DNA of 63,595 bases, the filler included, from Octopus bimaculoides (lineage: Eukaryota): NCBI RefSeq assembly GCF_001194135.2. It is 3 parts of 2 records of this genome, joined end to end, with 100 filler letters (N's around TTAATTAATTAA, not from the genome) between each part and the next. Parts side by side here need not be neighbours in the genome. Positions count along the whole stretch, not along the records: positions 1 to 30,292 come from NC_068987.1; 2 more parts are not named here. One strand, given 5' to 3'. Positions within the stretch are counted from its first letter, which is position 1. The number at the start of each line of letters is the position of its first letter. Of this stretch, positions 13,621 through 26,279 are shown in pieces. The notes beneath the pieces were generated by a model that searched no databases, was not told where the DNA came from, and saw only the letters and a list, made by a program, of their open reading frames with translations. The position numbers and the translations under genes were made by a program.

Positions 13621-14647
13621 TGTAATTAGTACATTACTATTCGCAGAGAAAGAATGTGTCAACGTGATGTTGCAAAGAATATGGATATTAAAATCTATTT
13701 GTGTTGTATAGAAATTGAATGCAACTGATAAACTCCGCTCATCAACAGGCTCGATTGTTCCAGATAATCACTTTCTGAAACTTATTCAACTGAGGAACTA
13801 TGGATCTAATTTCTTTTGGCAGATATACAATGAAAAAGACTGATGGAGATTGTTATAGCTGCCCTAAGGGTATTAATGAGTAATATGAATTTCTGAAGAA
13901 TCTTGTAGTGAATGTGAAGTAAACTGATTTGAATAAGGAAGCAAAAGTAGCTGACAAATCTTCGGAGTTTCTTCGCCCGTGATTCGATAACGTTTGGGTG
14001 ATTCATTTCTTTGATTCAATTTCCGACGTCATTCTTAGTTTACGTATTCCATTACTCCAACTCCGACACCAAACATAAACTCTATACATGGTTGTCACAT
14101 AAAAATGAATGGTCGTTTAAGAAGCGGAGATAGCTGTTCATCGTTCAGATTGGGATATGTATTTTTGTAATCTATGAGAATGAAGTTGAGGAAAACTATT
14201 CGATATTTGTATGGGTGCAAAAACGGTGAAATCTTTAATTGATTTGACTACAAATACTAACGGAATGATTGAGATAAAATCAAAGCACTTCAGCGTATAG
14301 GAATTTGATTCTAAAATTGAATTAGATATTGATTCAGTAAAACAATGCAAAAATAATAAAAAGGAATTAGTATTACAAAGCATGTGAATTGAGTGACAGA
14401 CACATTCTATCAACAGCAAAAAGTTTTTGCTAATGGAGAAGTAAAAGGAGCGGCCTAAATATGCACAAAAGTATCAATTAGCACACCGATAGCTATTAGT
14501 TTCGTAAAATTATTTTTGTTAAAATTATATAAATATATACTTGTCATAACTGAAATTGATACAATCTTTAGACTACAGCCATGCTGTGGCACACTCATTC
14601 ACTTAGACACACACAAACACACACACATACACACACACGCACACACG

Positions 14648-14775
14648 TATATATGACGGGCTTCTTTCAGTTTCCGTCTATACAAATTACAAGGCATTGG
14701 TCACTCCTAAACTATAGTAGAATACATCAGCCCCAAGTGCCATGAACTAGGACTGAAATCATAGCCATATGCTTT
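14648..14775 (-). mobile_element. SINE-A fragment
   Basis: gacgggcttctttcagtttccgtct motif shared with 44691-44861 and 46731-46902. Confidence 0.75.
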
Positions 14776-15070
14776 AGATTGTATCTGTATGCGCGCGCGC
14801 GTGTGTATCATGTACTCATGTATATATAGGTGTGCTATGCATAAATGCAGATGCTGTTCCTTCGATTTTGTATTTTTAAACCACGTTTGTCGGGAAACTC
14901 TAAATGCACATTAATTTCTATAAACCGTCGATTTTAAACTGAGGGAGCCATTAAACTCTCCAATGGTTATAAATGTTCAACATAAATTAATCTGGTTTTG
15001 CGGGATCTATGTACATGACCGTGCGTGTTTGCGTGTATGAGTGAGTGAGCGAGTGAGTGAGAGAGAGTCC

Positions 15071-15110
<40 letters not shown>

Positions 15111-15241
15111 TTTAATGCGGGTGAAATTATTTGTCCTTCTGCATCATGAATATAGTGAAACTTCATAAACTTTACCTGAAATATGTCCTAGGCCTCCGCA
15201 TAAATATTGTAATTTATACAAGATAGACAAGTAGACTGCAG

Positions 15242-15285
15242 ATAGATAGGTAGATAGATAGATAGATAGATAGATAGATATATAA

Positions 15286-15334
<49 letters not shown>
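15242..15334. repeat. (GATA)n microsatellite
   Basis: Direct reading. Confidence 0.97.
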
Positions 15335-15335
<1 letters not shown>

Positions 15336-15939
15336 CTGAAAATTATATTGCTCTTATTTCAATATATTCTTTCATACTGCTGATAATATTTACTCTTATG
15401 TAACTCTTATGTAATTATTACGTATAACTTAAGTTTCGTTCTCAGAAGTATATATTAGTTGCAAAATACAGTTCTCCTTTTACATCGAACGAAGATGCAA
15501 AATAATCAAGGATGTGACGAATAAAATAAAAAACCATAGAAACGAAACGTCAAGGAAAGAGGGTATAACGAAATAAGAAGTTAAAATATGATGGTCTGGG
15601 GATACATTCTGGAAAATTACACCATTTTAAAGTATGCGAAACAGTAGATATTAAATATCAGTACACTCTGAGTCCAAAGCAATGCGAATGAAAAATTAAC
15701 GCTGAATCATAAAGCATTGCTCTTAATAGCAATAAGTTTACAGACAAGTTACATGAAATTAATGTATCAAAAGATTATTATATATTCCTCGCTTTTAAGA
15801 AAATGTACTAAGTGGACGAACTACGTTCATGATCGTCTGTACAAACATATACGTATATATAAGTGTGTTTTTGTGTGTGTGCATGTTTGTGTGTGTCTCA
15901 AAAATGTGCAAAAAATAAAAGAGCAAAAGGCTGAGACGG

Positions 15940-18256
15940 GTTAGAGAGCAACAAACAAGGTATATTTGGTTGACATTCAGAGAAAATTTAAATGTCTTCG
16001 ACATTTCGAACCTGCGCCCTTCTATAGAATGAAACGAGGAGAGGAATTAGGTGGAGAGAAGAAAAAAACTGGAAAGAAAGAAAGAATTAACAGTTTGTAT
16101 TAAAAGTTCGAATTGATGAGAAAGAAGAAAATACTTGGGGACAAATGTGGCCAGGGAGACAAATTTGACCTGCCTAAAGTGTGTGCGCACAAGCACGTAT
16201 GTGAAGATGTATGTGTACGCGTACATGCGTGTATGTGCAAACGCGTGTCTATGCGTATAGGGCAGAGCACGTGCGTAGGTATTGAAAATTATGTGAGAAT
16301 GTGCATGTTTATATAATGAGAGCGTGCGTTTTTTATGCGTGTTTCTATTTGTGCATATGTATGAAAGTGAGCTTATGTGCGCGTCCCTGTTATCTCTTGG
16401 TGTAATTTGTAGGGAGATATATATTGGTGGAGGTAGATGGAGGCGCCAAGTGGAAAAGAGGTCGAAGGGATTAGAGGTTGAGAGATGTAGGTGCGTGTAC
16501 ATGTATATAAGTGGATGAAAGAAAAGATGAGTGTTGGTGGTGGCGTTGGTAAATTGGGAAGGTGTGTGTATGCATCTCTGTGCATGTCTCTGGATGTATG
16601 TACATGATGTTGTGCATCTATATGGTGCGTCTGGTTTGCGCATTGTGTATAACAGTATCAAAAATGTTTGTGCAATTAGAGGAGGAGGGACAGTGGAAGG
16701 TAGGAGGAGTGTAACTCGTGTAAAGGGGTGTGGAGTTGGCTGTTGAGTAAGAGATGTGACGAATTGAGACCATGAGAGACTGAGGAATGGAGAGACAATA
16801 GATTGCCGCTCTCGATAGATTCAGGAGTCCGATTGTTTGTGTGCAAGGCTGGTGCGAACACAGACACATGTTCTGGTGAATGACCGGTCGAGAGGGAGTA
16901 GGGCGAGATCGTGGGGTCATTGCAAAATCTGATTTCTCGGGAGATATTCGGCAAACTGTCAGATAAATTGAAGGTACAGGGAGTGACAGAGAGAACAGAA
17001 AATGCAGTAGATTATATTGCTTTAGGTGCAAGTGAATGAACCGGTAGTGTGGTAGATGGAATGAACCGGTAGTGTGGTTGGTTGCAGGTACGTACAAGTG
17101 TGTTGGAGTGAACGGGGAAGTGTAACAGCATGGGCAAGAGCATATGAAGGTTTCACGTTAGGTGTCAGGAGTGAAAACGATGCTACGGAACAAATGTCCA
17201 CTTAATTTATGGGCGCATTTGAAGGAGTGGTGTGTCGAGGAAAATGTGGGATGTTGAGGGGTCAAATTGGAGTTGGTAGGAAGCCTGTAGAATTGTGGAT
17301 TGGAGGGGTAGGGTGGAAGGTTGGTGAATGAGGTGGGAAATAGAAGGGAGTAAGTGTGGAGTGGGTTCGGTTAGAGACAGCGGATGCATGTTCAACAGAT
17401 CGGGCATAGGTGAGGGTAGTTTAGATAACGCAGGGTATCCTCGTTGGGTGAAGTGGCAAGCCATTATTTTGGAATATGTCTCGAAGTCGTTGACGTCACT
17501 ACAGACCTTGCTGAGACAGAAGAAGTAAGAGTAAACGATGGACAATGTGGAGTATGTAAGGTGGGAGTGAAATAAGCTGAGGTAAGCGTGTGAATCTATC
17601 AGTTAATATTGATTTGAAGTGGTAAGGCGGAACTGATGGAATATAACAGAAATGTTGAGAAACTTCACAGAAGTGTTGGAAACAGAACAGTAGAATTCGA
17701 GGGCGGGATGAAAGAAGTGGATGAAAGGGGGGGGGGGCGTAGGAGTCGAGATATGCGCATAAGAGTGAGATCACGCCGATACGGTCGTCAGTGTGATAAC
17801 TATAGCTCAGGTGTAGAATCAATGTACGCAGAGAATATTTTGGCCTCGACATAGCCGGCAAACAGGTTCGCATTGTTGGGGCCCCATTCTCATTCCTGTG
17901 ACCAATCTTGAGATCAGATGGAAAATTCACAGGCGAACGCGAGGCAATTGAGAAAGAGGACAAGCCCAACCAGACCGAGAAATGTAGAGGTGTCAGGTTG
18001 AGGATTATGTCCAAGATCGAGGACGTATTTTAATGAAGTAATAACAGTGCATAAGAACTTTATGTCAAGGGTAAGTTTGATGTCCGGAAGGTGGGGAAAA
18101 AGGAGACAGAATTGGAGAGTCGTTGACTATGGCTGGTTACATGAATCTGAGAAAGGACGGACACCACTAGTGGGCGAGGACGAGGTGAAGATACTTCGAT
18201 AAACGTATTTAATGCATTATCATAAGTATATTGCCCAGACGTTGAAACCATCCTAC
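15940..18256 (-). mobile_element. Decayed Penelope-like retroelement: RT, thumb, GIY-YIG endonuclease, 3' region and decayed pLTR
   Basis: Minus-strand peptides in the expected order: TLDIKFLCTVI; VLDLGHNPQPDTSTFLGLVGLVLFLNC; GMRMGPNNANLFAGYVEAKIF; DSHAYL...SIVYSYFFCLSKVCSDVNDFETYSKIMACHFTQRGYP; SFTCT*SNIIYCIFCSLCHSL (GIY-YIG N-terminus). Many stops and frameshifts. Confidence 0.9.
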
Positions 18257-18258
18257 TA

Positions 18259-18475
18259 CGACGGGGTGCTGAAATGTTTCTAGCTCTAAGGGTATCTTGA
18301 AATGCCTGCTTGTAGGCTCAAATTCCGAGTTCTTTTATATGGTCTAGTAAAACTGAAGGACCGCTGCAATAAATGTGTGAATCTGAGAGGTGAATATGTT
18401 AAATAAATCATAATTACGTGATTCTCCTGTATTTTCTTTTACCCTAAGCCATAAATTTGTCATCTTCCACCCTCG
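18259..18475 (+). mobile_element. Mariner-derived MITE (about 220 bp)
   Basis: TA-CGACGGGGTGCTGAAA ... CACCCTCG-TA termini; the interior matches the second copy at 31277-31488. Confidence 0.85.
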
Positions 18476-18605
18476 TAAGATTATATTGCAGAACAACCAA
18501 CATAAAAGCATAAAATCAAAACTTTCTTCCCATTTTACACTACAGAAATTTCGTTAAAAGAAAGATTCTCAAGTGCAAGCCGTACATGTTATTGGCAGCT
18601 ATTTT

Positions 18606-18822
18606 AGGGGAAGGGCAAGTCAATTATATCGACCCCAGTTCTCAACTGGTATATATTCTATCGAACTCGAAAAGATGAAAGGCAAGGTCGCCCTCCGCGG
18701 AATTTGAACTCAGAACGTAGCGGCAGACGGAATACTGCCAAGCAATTCAGAGCATAAAGCCTGAAGACAAGCTGCTAAGCATTTTGACCGGTGTGATAAC
18801 GTTTCTGCCTGCTCAACACCTT
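18606..18822 (-). mobile_element. SINE-B copy
   Basis: ggaatttgaactcagaacgtag (B-box-like, antisense) and atcgaccccag motifs shared with 44173-44398 and 57226-57455. Confidence 0.85.
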
Positions 18823-19264
18823 GCATACATGAAATACTAAATAACGCATCTCCTCTCTTAAAAGGGTAATGGTTGTGTAGTTTGATAATATTTCTTCTAT
18901 TATAACCTACGTGCTCCAGGTATACTCTTTCAATATTACTCTTAAACTATTCTCTGTCACTTCCTCTCGGTTTTTCTCTCTCTTTCTGTCTCATTCTGAC
19001 TCTTTCTCTCTCTCACTCTTTCTCTTTCTTTCTTGCTCTCTCTATAAATAGAGATATATGTCTATATTTGCAAACATGGAATAGCGTCTCAGTCCTAAGT
19101 GGAAAAAAAATCTCTAATGCGGTAGACATTAAAGGTAATCGTCAGAAACATTCTAAATCATCCGTTTCTTAACCGTCGCAAAGTCAGATCTACTGGAGGT
19201 CTACGCTAAATTTTTGATAGTCAATCGCCTCCCAGGCTCTAGACATTTAGTTAAAACAGTTTTG

Positions 19265-19760
19265 TTTTACACTTGATATTATCAGCAAAGCATTTGACCA
19301 TGTCTGTCAATATTTTTGGTAAATCTTCCTGCTTCCTGAATTCAGCTGATTTTGGACATAACTGACTTTCAGATCGCAAAATCTCGCAAATGCAATTGAA
19401 TAGATCTTTCCTAACACCTGTCATTACTTGTGTGCCCCCATCGCTATGTCTCCAGGCCTCCAATATTTTTGATTCTTTTACATCCACAACGTATATGCTG
19501 TAACCAAAATACTCACATCTAGACATAGGATAGGAACCCCTTTGTTGCCTAATTTTCTGAACCCAGGTACCATCTGGACCCAGGTAACATGCACACAGCA
19601 TGATAAACTCCATACATTAGCCTAGTGAGAAGAAATACAAATGTCCATACAAATAAGGATTTGCAATATATTCTTATACAAAGTCTCAAATAGTTATACC
19701 ATACCTTTCAATTCAAGTTCCCTACCACAACCAAATTAACTATAACAAATTGACATGAAG
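19265..19760 (+). mobile_element. Highly decayed CR1/Jockey-like RT fragment
   Basis: LDIISKAFDHV (LDISKAFDRV motif), then across frameshifts FLVNLPAS, WITDFSDRKIS, CVP and AVT in RT motif order. Confidence 0.55.
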
Positions 19761-19886
19761 ATATAAACAGACATTCTATTCTAATTAAAGTATATTACGC
19801 AAATGTAAAGAATGGTAAAGTACATTATTTACATTATTTACATTATTTACATTCGACAGATATTTGTCCTCATCTTGTTTGTTGTT

Positions 19887-19932
19887 AACACAACGTTTCG
19901 GCTGATATACTCTCCAGCCTTCTTCAGGGATC
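19887..19932 (-). ncRNA. Minimal type I hammerhead ribozyme motif (PLE pLTR type); stem I weakened
   Basis: Minus strand reads CUGAAGA-A-GGCUG-GAGAGUAUAU-CAGCC-GAAA-CGU-U-GUGUU: intact core, 5-bp stem II, palindromic ACGU helix III, GUU cleavage triplet. Confidence 0.7.
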
Positions 19933-22900
19933 GAATGTAAATAATGTAAATAATGCACAGAATTCCTCATCTCTTAAATATAGAAGTGAATGGAAAACTA
20001 ATTAAACAAAAGAACGTGTGAGCGAAATTATATGTGCGTCTGTTTTATTGGGTTAACGTCGGTTATCACGTGTGAGCCTGAGAGAGATTGAAATAGGGCA
20101 TATTTAGGTTTACAATATATTTACACATTCACCAAACTTGATTTGGCGCATTTTTCTCGACCAAATTTTCTTTCGATTCCGCCAAAGAAATCTCCCCTAC
20201 ATATGAGACTCTAGCATTTTACTGGATGACGTCAATCATACAAAAATTGTTTTATTATTTTTGCATAATATTTGAAACAAAGTCAAGATTTATATGCATA
20301 TTAGAAAACACATCACAGAGAGGAGGAAGATACAGGTTGAAATTTGAATGATTCTAATGTTATGATTCCACCTGCATAAGTTTCTGTAATTTATTCAAGA
20401 TATATTTATCATAGTAGCTGATAACCGACGTTTTCTTTACATGTTTAATATATCCAAATATAAAGAGCACTATCAAAGACAATTCATGCATCACTCAAAG
20501 CAAATGTTTTTCTACTGTATTTCGCTAGGTTTATAATTTATTTGCTAGAATTTTTCTGGCGTTTATTCTTATTACTAGGAAAATATTTTTCCAGAAGAGC
20601 ATACGGCCACGTTATATAATTTTAATTGAGACCTCTTCAGGCTGTAATCAACATGTAATGTTGCTATTTTACAAATCGGTACCTATCAATATACATTTTA
20701 CCCTTGCACAACCCTCATCAGTTGTATCTTTCAATTTCACTAAATGATTATATATTGTTGCTGACTCGGCGAACATTCCAGACACGTATTTAAAGCTTTA
20801 CCCCTTCCAGAGCTTTTCACTGTTTGTGGCAGATTATGTTATGACATTGCGTTCCATTCATCGTCGATACACATTCACAAAATTATTCTTCCTATTTGCT
20901 TATCACACTGCCTTCTAGACCGTTTTGGTTTGAAATCAGCTCGTTTATCTATTTGAAAGAAGTGTACTTTCTCATGATATATTTGTTTCTTAGCAGATAT
21001 CTCTTTAGAAATGTGTTTTAATTTCGGGCTCCTTTTCTTTTATGTGTTGTACTTTTGAAGTACTTCTCCTTAGTGAATATTTCATTTCTTTTCTTTTTTA
21101 TTTATTTTGCTGATTTCATTAAGGATTGGTAGATATCTTCCTTTCATTTATATCTTCCTGTGTACGACACATTCGTCATTTTTCGTACATGCTCTGTTCT
21201 GATATTACTCTGTGAATAGATTTATGATGGGAGTGTTCACTTTGACTTGCACTAAAGTTACTGTCTGCTGCCAAGATCTTTCAATTTGTGATGTTGGTAT
21301 GGCTGTTTCCTTCAATTCATATAAGCTTGAAAGCACTGTATGTGTGTAGGTGTGTGTGGGGGTGGGTGCACACACGCGCGTGTGTATTTGCAAACATTAA
21401 ATTACGTATGTGTGTTTCTATGTTTGTGCGTACGAATGCAGATTTACATTTATTTAAACTTCAAGTAGTGCATTTTCAAGTAGTGCATTTTCAAGTAGTC
21501 ACTAATATTAACCGTAGATCAGATAGGTCATAAATTATGAGGAACTCTTTTCAAGACGAGCATTTTAGATATGTGCCTTCCTCTCAAAATGATTAGCACT
21601 TTTCGAATTGAATTAGTGTGAACAGCGTGAACTTTTCTGTAAGACAGACATCAGAGTATTTCAATTTAATTAGTTATCATCAGCCATATTGTATCCCATG
21701 CTAGTAGTGCCCTTCTTATATTTTCATGTACATGAGTATTTTGAAGTTTCTGTGGTGTGTTGATTCTGTAGGCGCTGGTAATACAATATGCTGCGTATTC
21801 AAATGACATTAATTAAATGCTACAGTCTGGGGTCTCTAATATTTAATTAAGCGCGTTATTCCTATAATCAATAAAACGCTATTCATGAATTAAGCACCAA
21901 ACGTTTTCGTGATCCTTAACAAAAACAGTGATTTATATGTCATATCTTACTTTCTATCCTGCACTTATCTGCAAATTCGTTCGTATATTACTCTCTGTGA
22001 ACTCATATTACATATAACAAAGGCAGAAAAACAGAATTACGATATGAGTTATTATAATATATTAGTTCAAACGCATATTAAATAATATAACATGGTTAGA
22101 GAACGAACGGTGAAATAAATGTAAATCAGTTAACGTCTCAAAGTATTGAAACTGATGATTGTAGGAGACAAAAGCAACAATGGCATCTATAGACAACCAA
22201 ATATTGTATATAAATACACGTATATATGAATCACTCACCCTCTCTGCATATGTATATACAACATATTTGTGTGTATGTGTTTATGTGTGTGTATCTATAT
22301 ACTTTAATAAATACTTGAGGTATACGTGAGCTACTTCATGTTTCATATTCAGACGGGGATATGTATAACGCACTGTGTCGTATGTAACAGTTTTTCACAT
22401 TCATAACATACCTATTCCGTATGAGATTACCAAAGATGTAGCGATTAAAGTACATGGAAACATAACTAAAACTCTAAGAACAGTTCTATGTCCATTTAAC
22501 ATTTTAACTGAAATATATTGGTTAAGTTGAGTGTTTAACGTGCTTTAATGGGGTTGATCACCAAAAAATAATAACAATGGGGGTAGTCGAATGAAGAAAA
22601 GACTACTGAGTTAAACTATACGTCTAATAGGCTGAGGTGGACGTTTTCCAGATATGATATCAAAATATTTTCGAGGTACATACAACTTGTAAAGGTATCT
22701 GACGTCAAGTTTAAGAGGCCACTGCAGTTCTTCTATCTAATGATATGTGTTATTTAAGCTAGAAAAAAAGACCTTGTACTCTTTGAGCCCTTGCTGTATT
22801 GTTTATTTCTCAGCGGTGCGTGAGAACCAGCTCTCTAGCTTTCCTTTTGTTTAGGAATTGGCGTAAAACGTTTTGCAGTGCAGTGCATTTTCCTTTTGAC

Positions 22901-24271
22901 GCCTTTATTTTGCGGAACATAACTGATTTCGCTATCGTCGAATAGACAGGTATCTGAGTTCCTGAAGCTGCAGTCTTGCGCGGGCTTCTTAGCTGCTTTG
23001 CTAGACCTGTATGGAAAAACTACAATCCATATCGCAAACCGAATGGAAAAGTATATGTCTTGCCATAGTGAGAAACTTTATAGCAAATATTAATAATAAG
23101 ACATCTAAACTCGCTCCTTCTATACCTCTGAAATGATCTTCCACTTCTGTAATAATACTCTGGAAGATATTGGCTGTAAATTTATAGCATCATACACATA
23201 GATCTGAAGAACAGCCAAGCATAAAATAGAAAGTAAAAATGTATATGATATTCAACTTTCTCCTTAAATGTTACGAATAGAGTTTGGAATATCCAGTGAT
23301 TCAGAAAATATTCATATCATGTTCCCTGAATAATTTCTGCAGGTGTAACCCTAATTTCAAAAACATCATTTCATGCAATAGAACAGAGATGCTCAGTCAC
23401 ACTGAAATTACACGAATCGCAGTAGGATCCAAAAACCTCATGAAACCTATATGCACGGTTAGCATAGTCGTCGACGCTGTAAGGTTCAGATATATCAACA
23501 GATAAAAACAGAGTTTGTCATTGCAGAAAAAAAGCACATGCTTAATCTATAAAACTGTATCAACCTCATAATTCATAGGTGAGAGCTGTTTAAAAGATGT
23601 ATGCATTTCGTTAAATTTCTATTATCAAACTGGAAGACGTCACTCACAACATATCAGAGACACAGCTTAACAAACATTAGCCTATCATTCTGCTATTCCT
23701 ATGTATTATCATAGATTTTAGACGACAATACTTAATTAAACATTCTAGATTGTTGTTCTTCTCTGAATTAATTAAAGGTATGTAAACAAGATCCCTCGAA
23801 AATATTTCGCCTACCTTTTAAAAAAGGTGCATTTTTTTTCACATTCATTTTACTTTTTACATTGTTTTCTTTTTATCTCGTACTCCAGTGTGGAATATGC
23901 ATGTTATTTGTGTCTGAATGTCTGTCGAGTAATGTACGGCAAACTTATTTCATTGCAACGCTACCTTAGAATGAAACAAGAATTAGGTCACGTATAACTC
24001 CTCTATTCATTAAATGGCATTTATCTCCATCGAAACTGAGTGCTTGTTCTGATGATGCTATTAACGAGAGAACATTAACATTTATACTGAGATGTAAACA
24101 TATGACTGTGAGAATGAGTGTAAAGTGTGTATTTCTGTGTATGCGTGTGTGCGTGTGTGTATGTCTCTGTAGGCATGTTAAGAGAAGTATGTATATAGAA
24201 TTACATATGTACGTATTATTGTTTGGATTATACATAGATACACACACAAACTCACACACGCATATACATCG

Positions 24272-24540
24272 CAGGACTCACTGGTTAGAGCATCGGACTC
24301 ACTCTCATGAGGTAGTGAGTTCGAATCCAGAAGTAGAAATGAGTTGCAACGTCGCTACTACTAAGCTGTATCGGTCTTTCTTTCATTTGTCTTGTATAAC
24401 ATCTTTGGCGAGTAGAGGGGAGAGCGGTATGCATGGGTGACTGCTGGTCTTCCATAAAGCAACCTTGTTCTGACTTGTGCCCTGGAAGGGAACATTGTAC
24501 GTGCACTCCCATGATCATTCATGACCGAAGGGGTTCTTCA
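24272..24540 (+). mobile_element. tRNA-derived SINE (SINE-D)
   Basis: A-box-like cactggttagagc and B-box-like gagttcgaatcc, followed by a non-tRNA body. Confidence 0.7.
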
Positions 24541-24982
24541 CACTTCATGCATGTAAGTGTTTATGTATACTTATATACATAAGTACCTATATGTATATGT
24601 ATATATTAAACATTTGTAATGGTAAGTGTGAAAGTATCTAAAGCTATAAATAAACTTTTAGATGTAAAACCTCAAAGGCTACACTGACGATTCAAACCCA
24701 AATCTTTCGTGAGCAAGAGTTTGTTTCTACCCTTTTACCAAAGCATTCCTTTCGATTTCGGCACAATGTAGGTAGCTTTGTTCTTACCGTTGAATATGTA
24801 TGGTGTTTTCTTCATAAGAATATAGAACCTCCGAGAGATGTGAAATAATACGGTTGAAATATTCTTAACCTATTGTTTACACACTATTATTTGTAGTTCT
24901 GACTACATCAGTTTCTACCGTTAGAAATGATACAAGACGCATTTCTAAATTCGTTTGACATTATATAATGTCTATATGTATG

Positions 24983-24984
<2 letters not shown>

Positions 24985-25035
<51 letters not shown>

Positions 25036-25144
25036 ATATATATATATATAGATGTGTGTGTGCGTGTGCGTATTTGTGTGTGTATGCGTGTGAGTGCTTG
25101 TGTGCATACTTTATATATCAGTCTATATGCATAGGCATATATGC

Positions 25145-25201
<57 letters not shown>

Positions 25202-25215
25202 GAGAGACAGACAGA
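24985..25215. repeat. Compound (CT)n/(TA)n/(GT)n microsatellites
   Basis: Direct reading. Confidence 0.96.
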
Positions 25216-26279
25216 CAGACCGACAGCGGGACAGACAGCCAGATAGAGAAGAAAAAAATAAACATCGAACGTATTGACGATGGGTATAAAGGTATCAGGA
25301 AATAAGAGGATTAGTTGGATATTATTAGATTCTTAAAAGAGAAATTATCTTCCATTTACTGAATTTTTGATAGACGGTGATCTTATCTTACTTCAAAATT
25401 TCAACATCAGACTCTAAATACACCAAGATATATTATGATACTTTCCAGTGTTAGCTTTAAAATTTAAAGCCAAATTATATATTTCCTGGAAATTAAAGAG
25501 AATCTGAAAATGCAACGATATTTTTGGTATAAGCGAACGGAAGAAATCTAATATACACGTTGGTTATATCACAAAACTACATAAGTTATATTAGTACGAA
25601 ACATTCTACAAACAATTTCAAAATTATGCTCCAAAAGGAAATACTTTAAGAAAAGTTTAAGTATGGTATTATAAACTAAACGGTAAATTTAAAGACAATA
25701 TTTTAAATTACAGCAAAATTCCAAGTCAATCACACTAACCTGAAGGAGGAAAATGATTAGAATTATCACCGTGTACTTCTTTTAAAATTCTAAACTCATT
25801 TTACTAATAAATTATTGAAATAAATTAGGAAAAACATTCATAATGACATAAAAATTCCCTACTGTATACCGTTCGTAAACTAACGCAACCTATAAATAAA
25901 TGCAGGAAAACCGTGTAGCTAAATTTTTAACTTGATAACTAAATTGCAGGAAAATGCAAGTGAACGAACAAATTTGTTGGATATTGCAATAGAAATGTTG
26001 TAAAAAGTACCAGTTTGCAACTTACTTTTCCTTAATATAGTACTTCCTTTGAAATCTCTCTCAATCTCTCAATCTGTGTGTATGTGTGTGTGTGTGTGTG
26101 TGTATGTGTGTGTGTGTGTATGTGAGTGTGTGTGACTCTGTGTGTGTGAGAGAGAGAGAGAGTGTGTGTGCATGCGCGTGTGTGCTGTATGTCTGTCAGC
26201 CTGTGTGTCTATATGCATGCGTGTGTGTATGTCTTATTTTACATACTAGTTCACCTACATTTTCTGCCACTAGTTTGAC

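Noticed and set aside
13800-14420. Exon-like purine-rich segments on the + strand
   Set aside because: Frequent stops in all frames and no recognisable homology; cannot be supported.
21460-21499. 15-bp tandem repeat ttcaagtagtgcatt x2.7 as a CRISPR-like array
   Set aside because: No spacers, eukaryotic context; simple slippage duplication.
24272-24335. tRNA gene calls for SINE heads (also 44173, 44861, 58296)
   Set aside because: A and B boxes are present but there is no full cloverleaf; they continue into repeat bodies.
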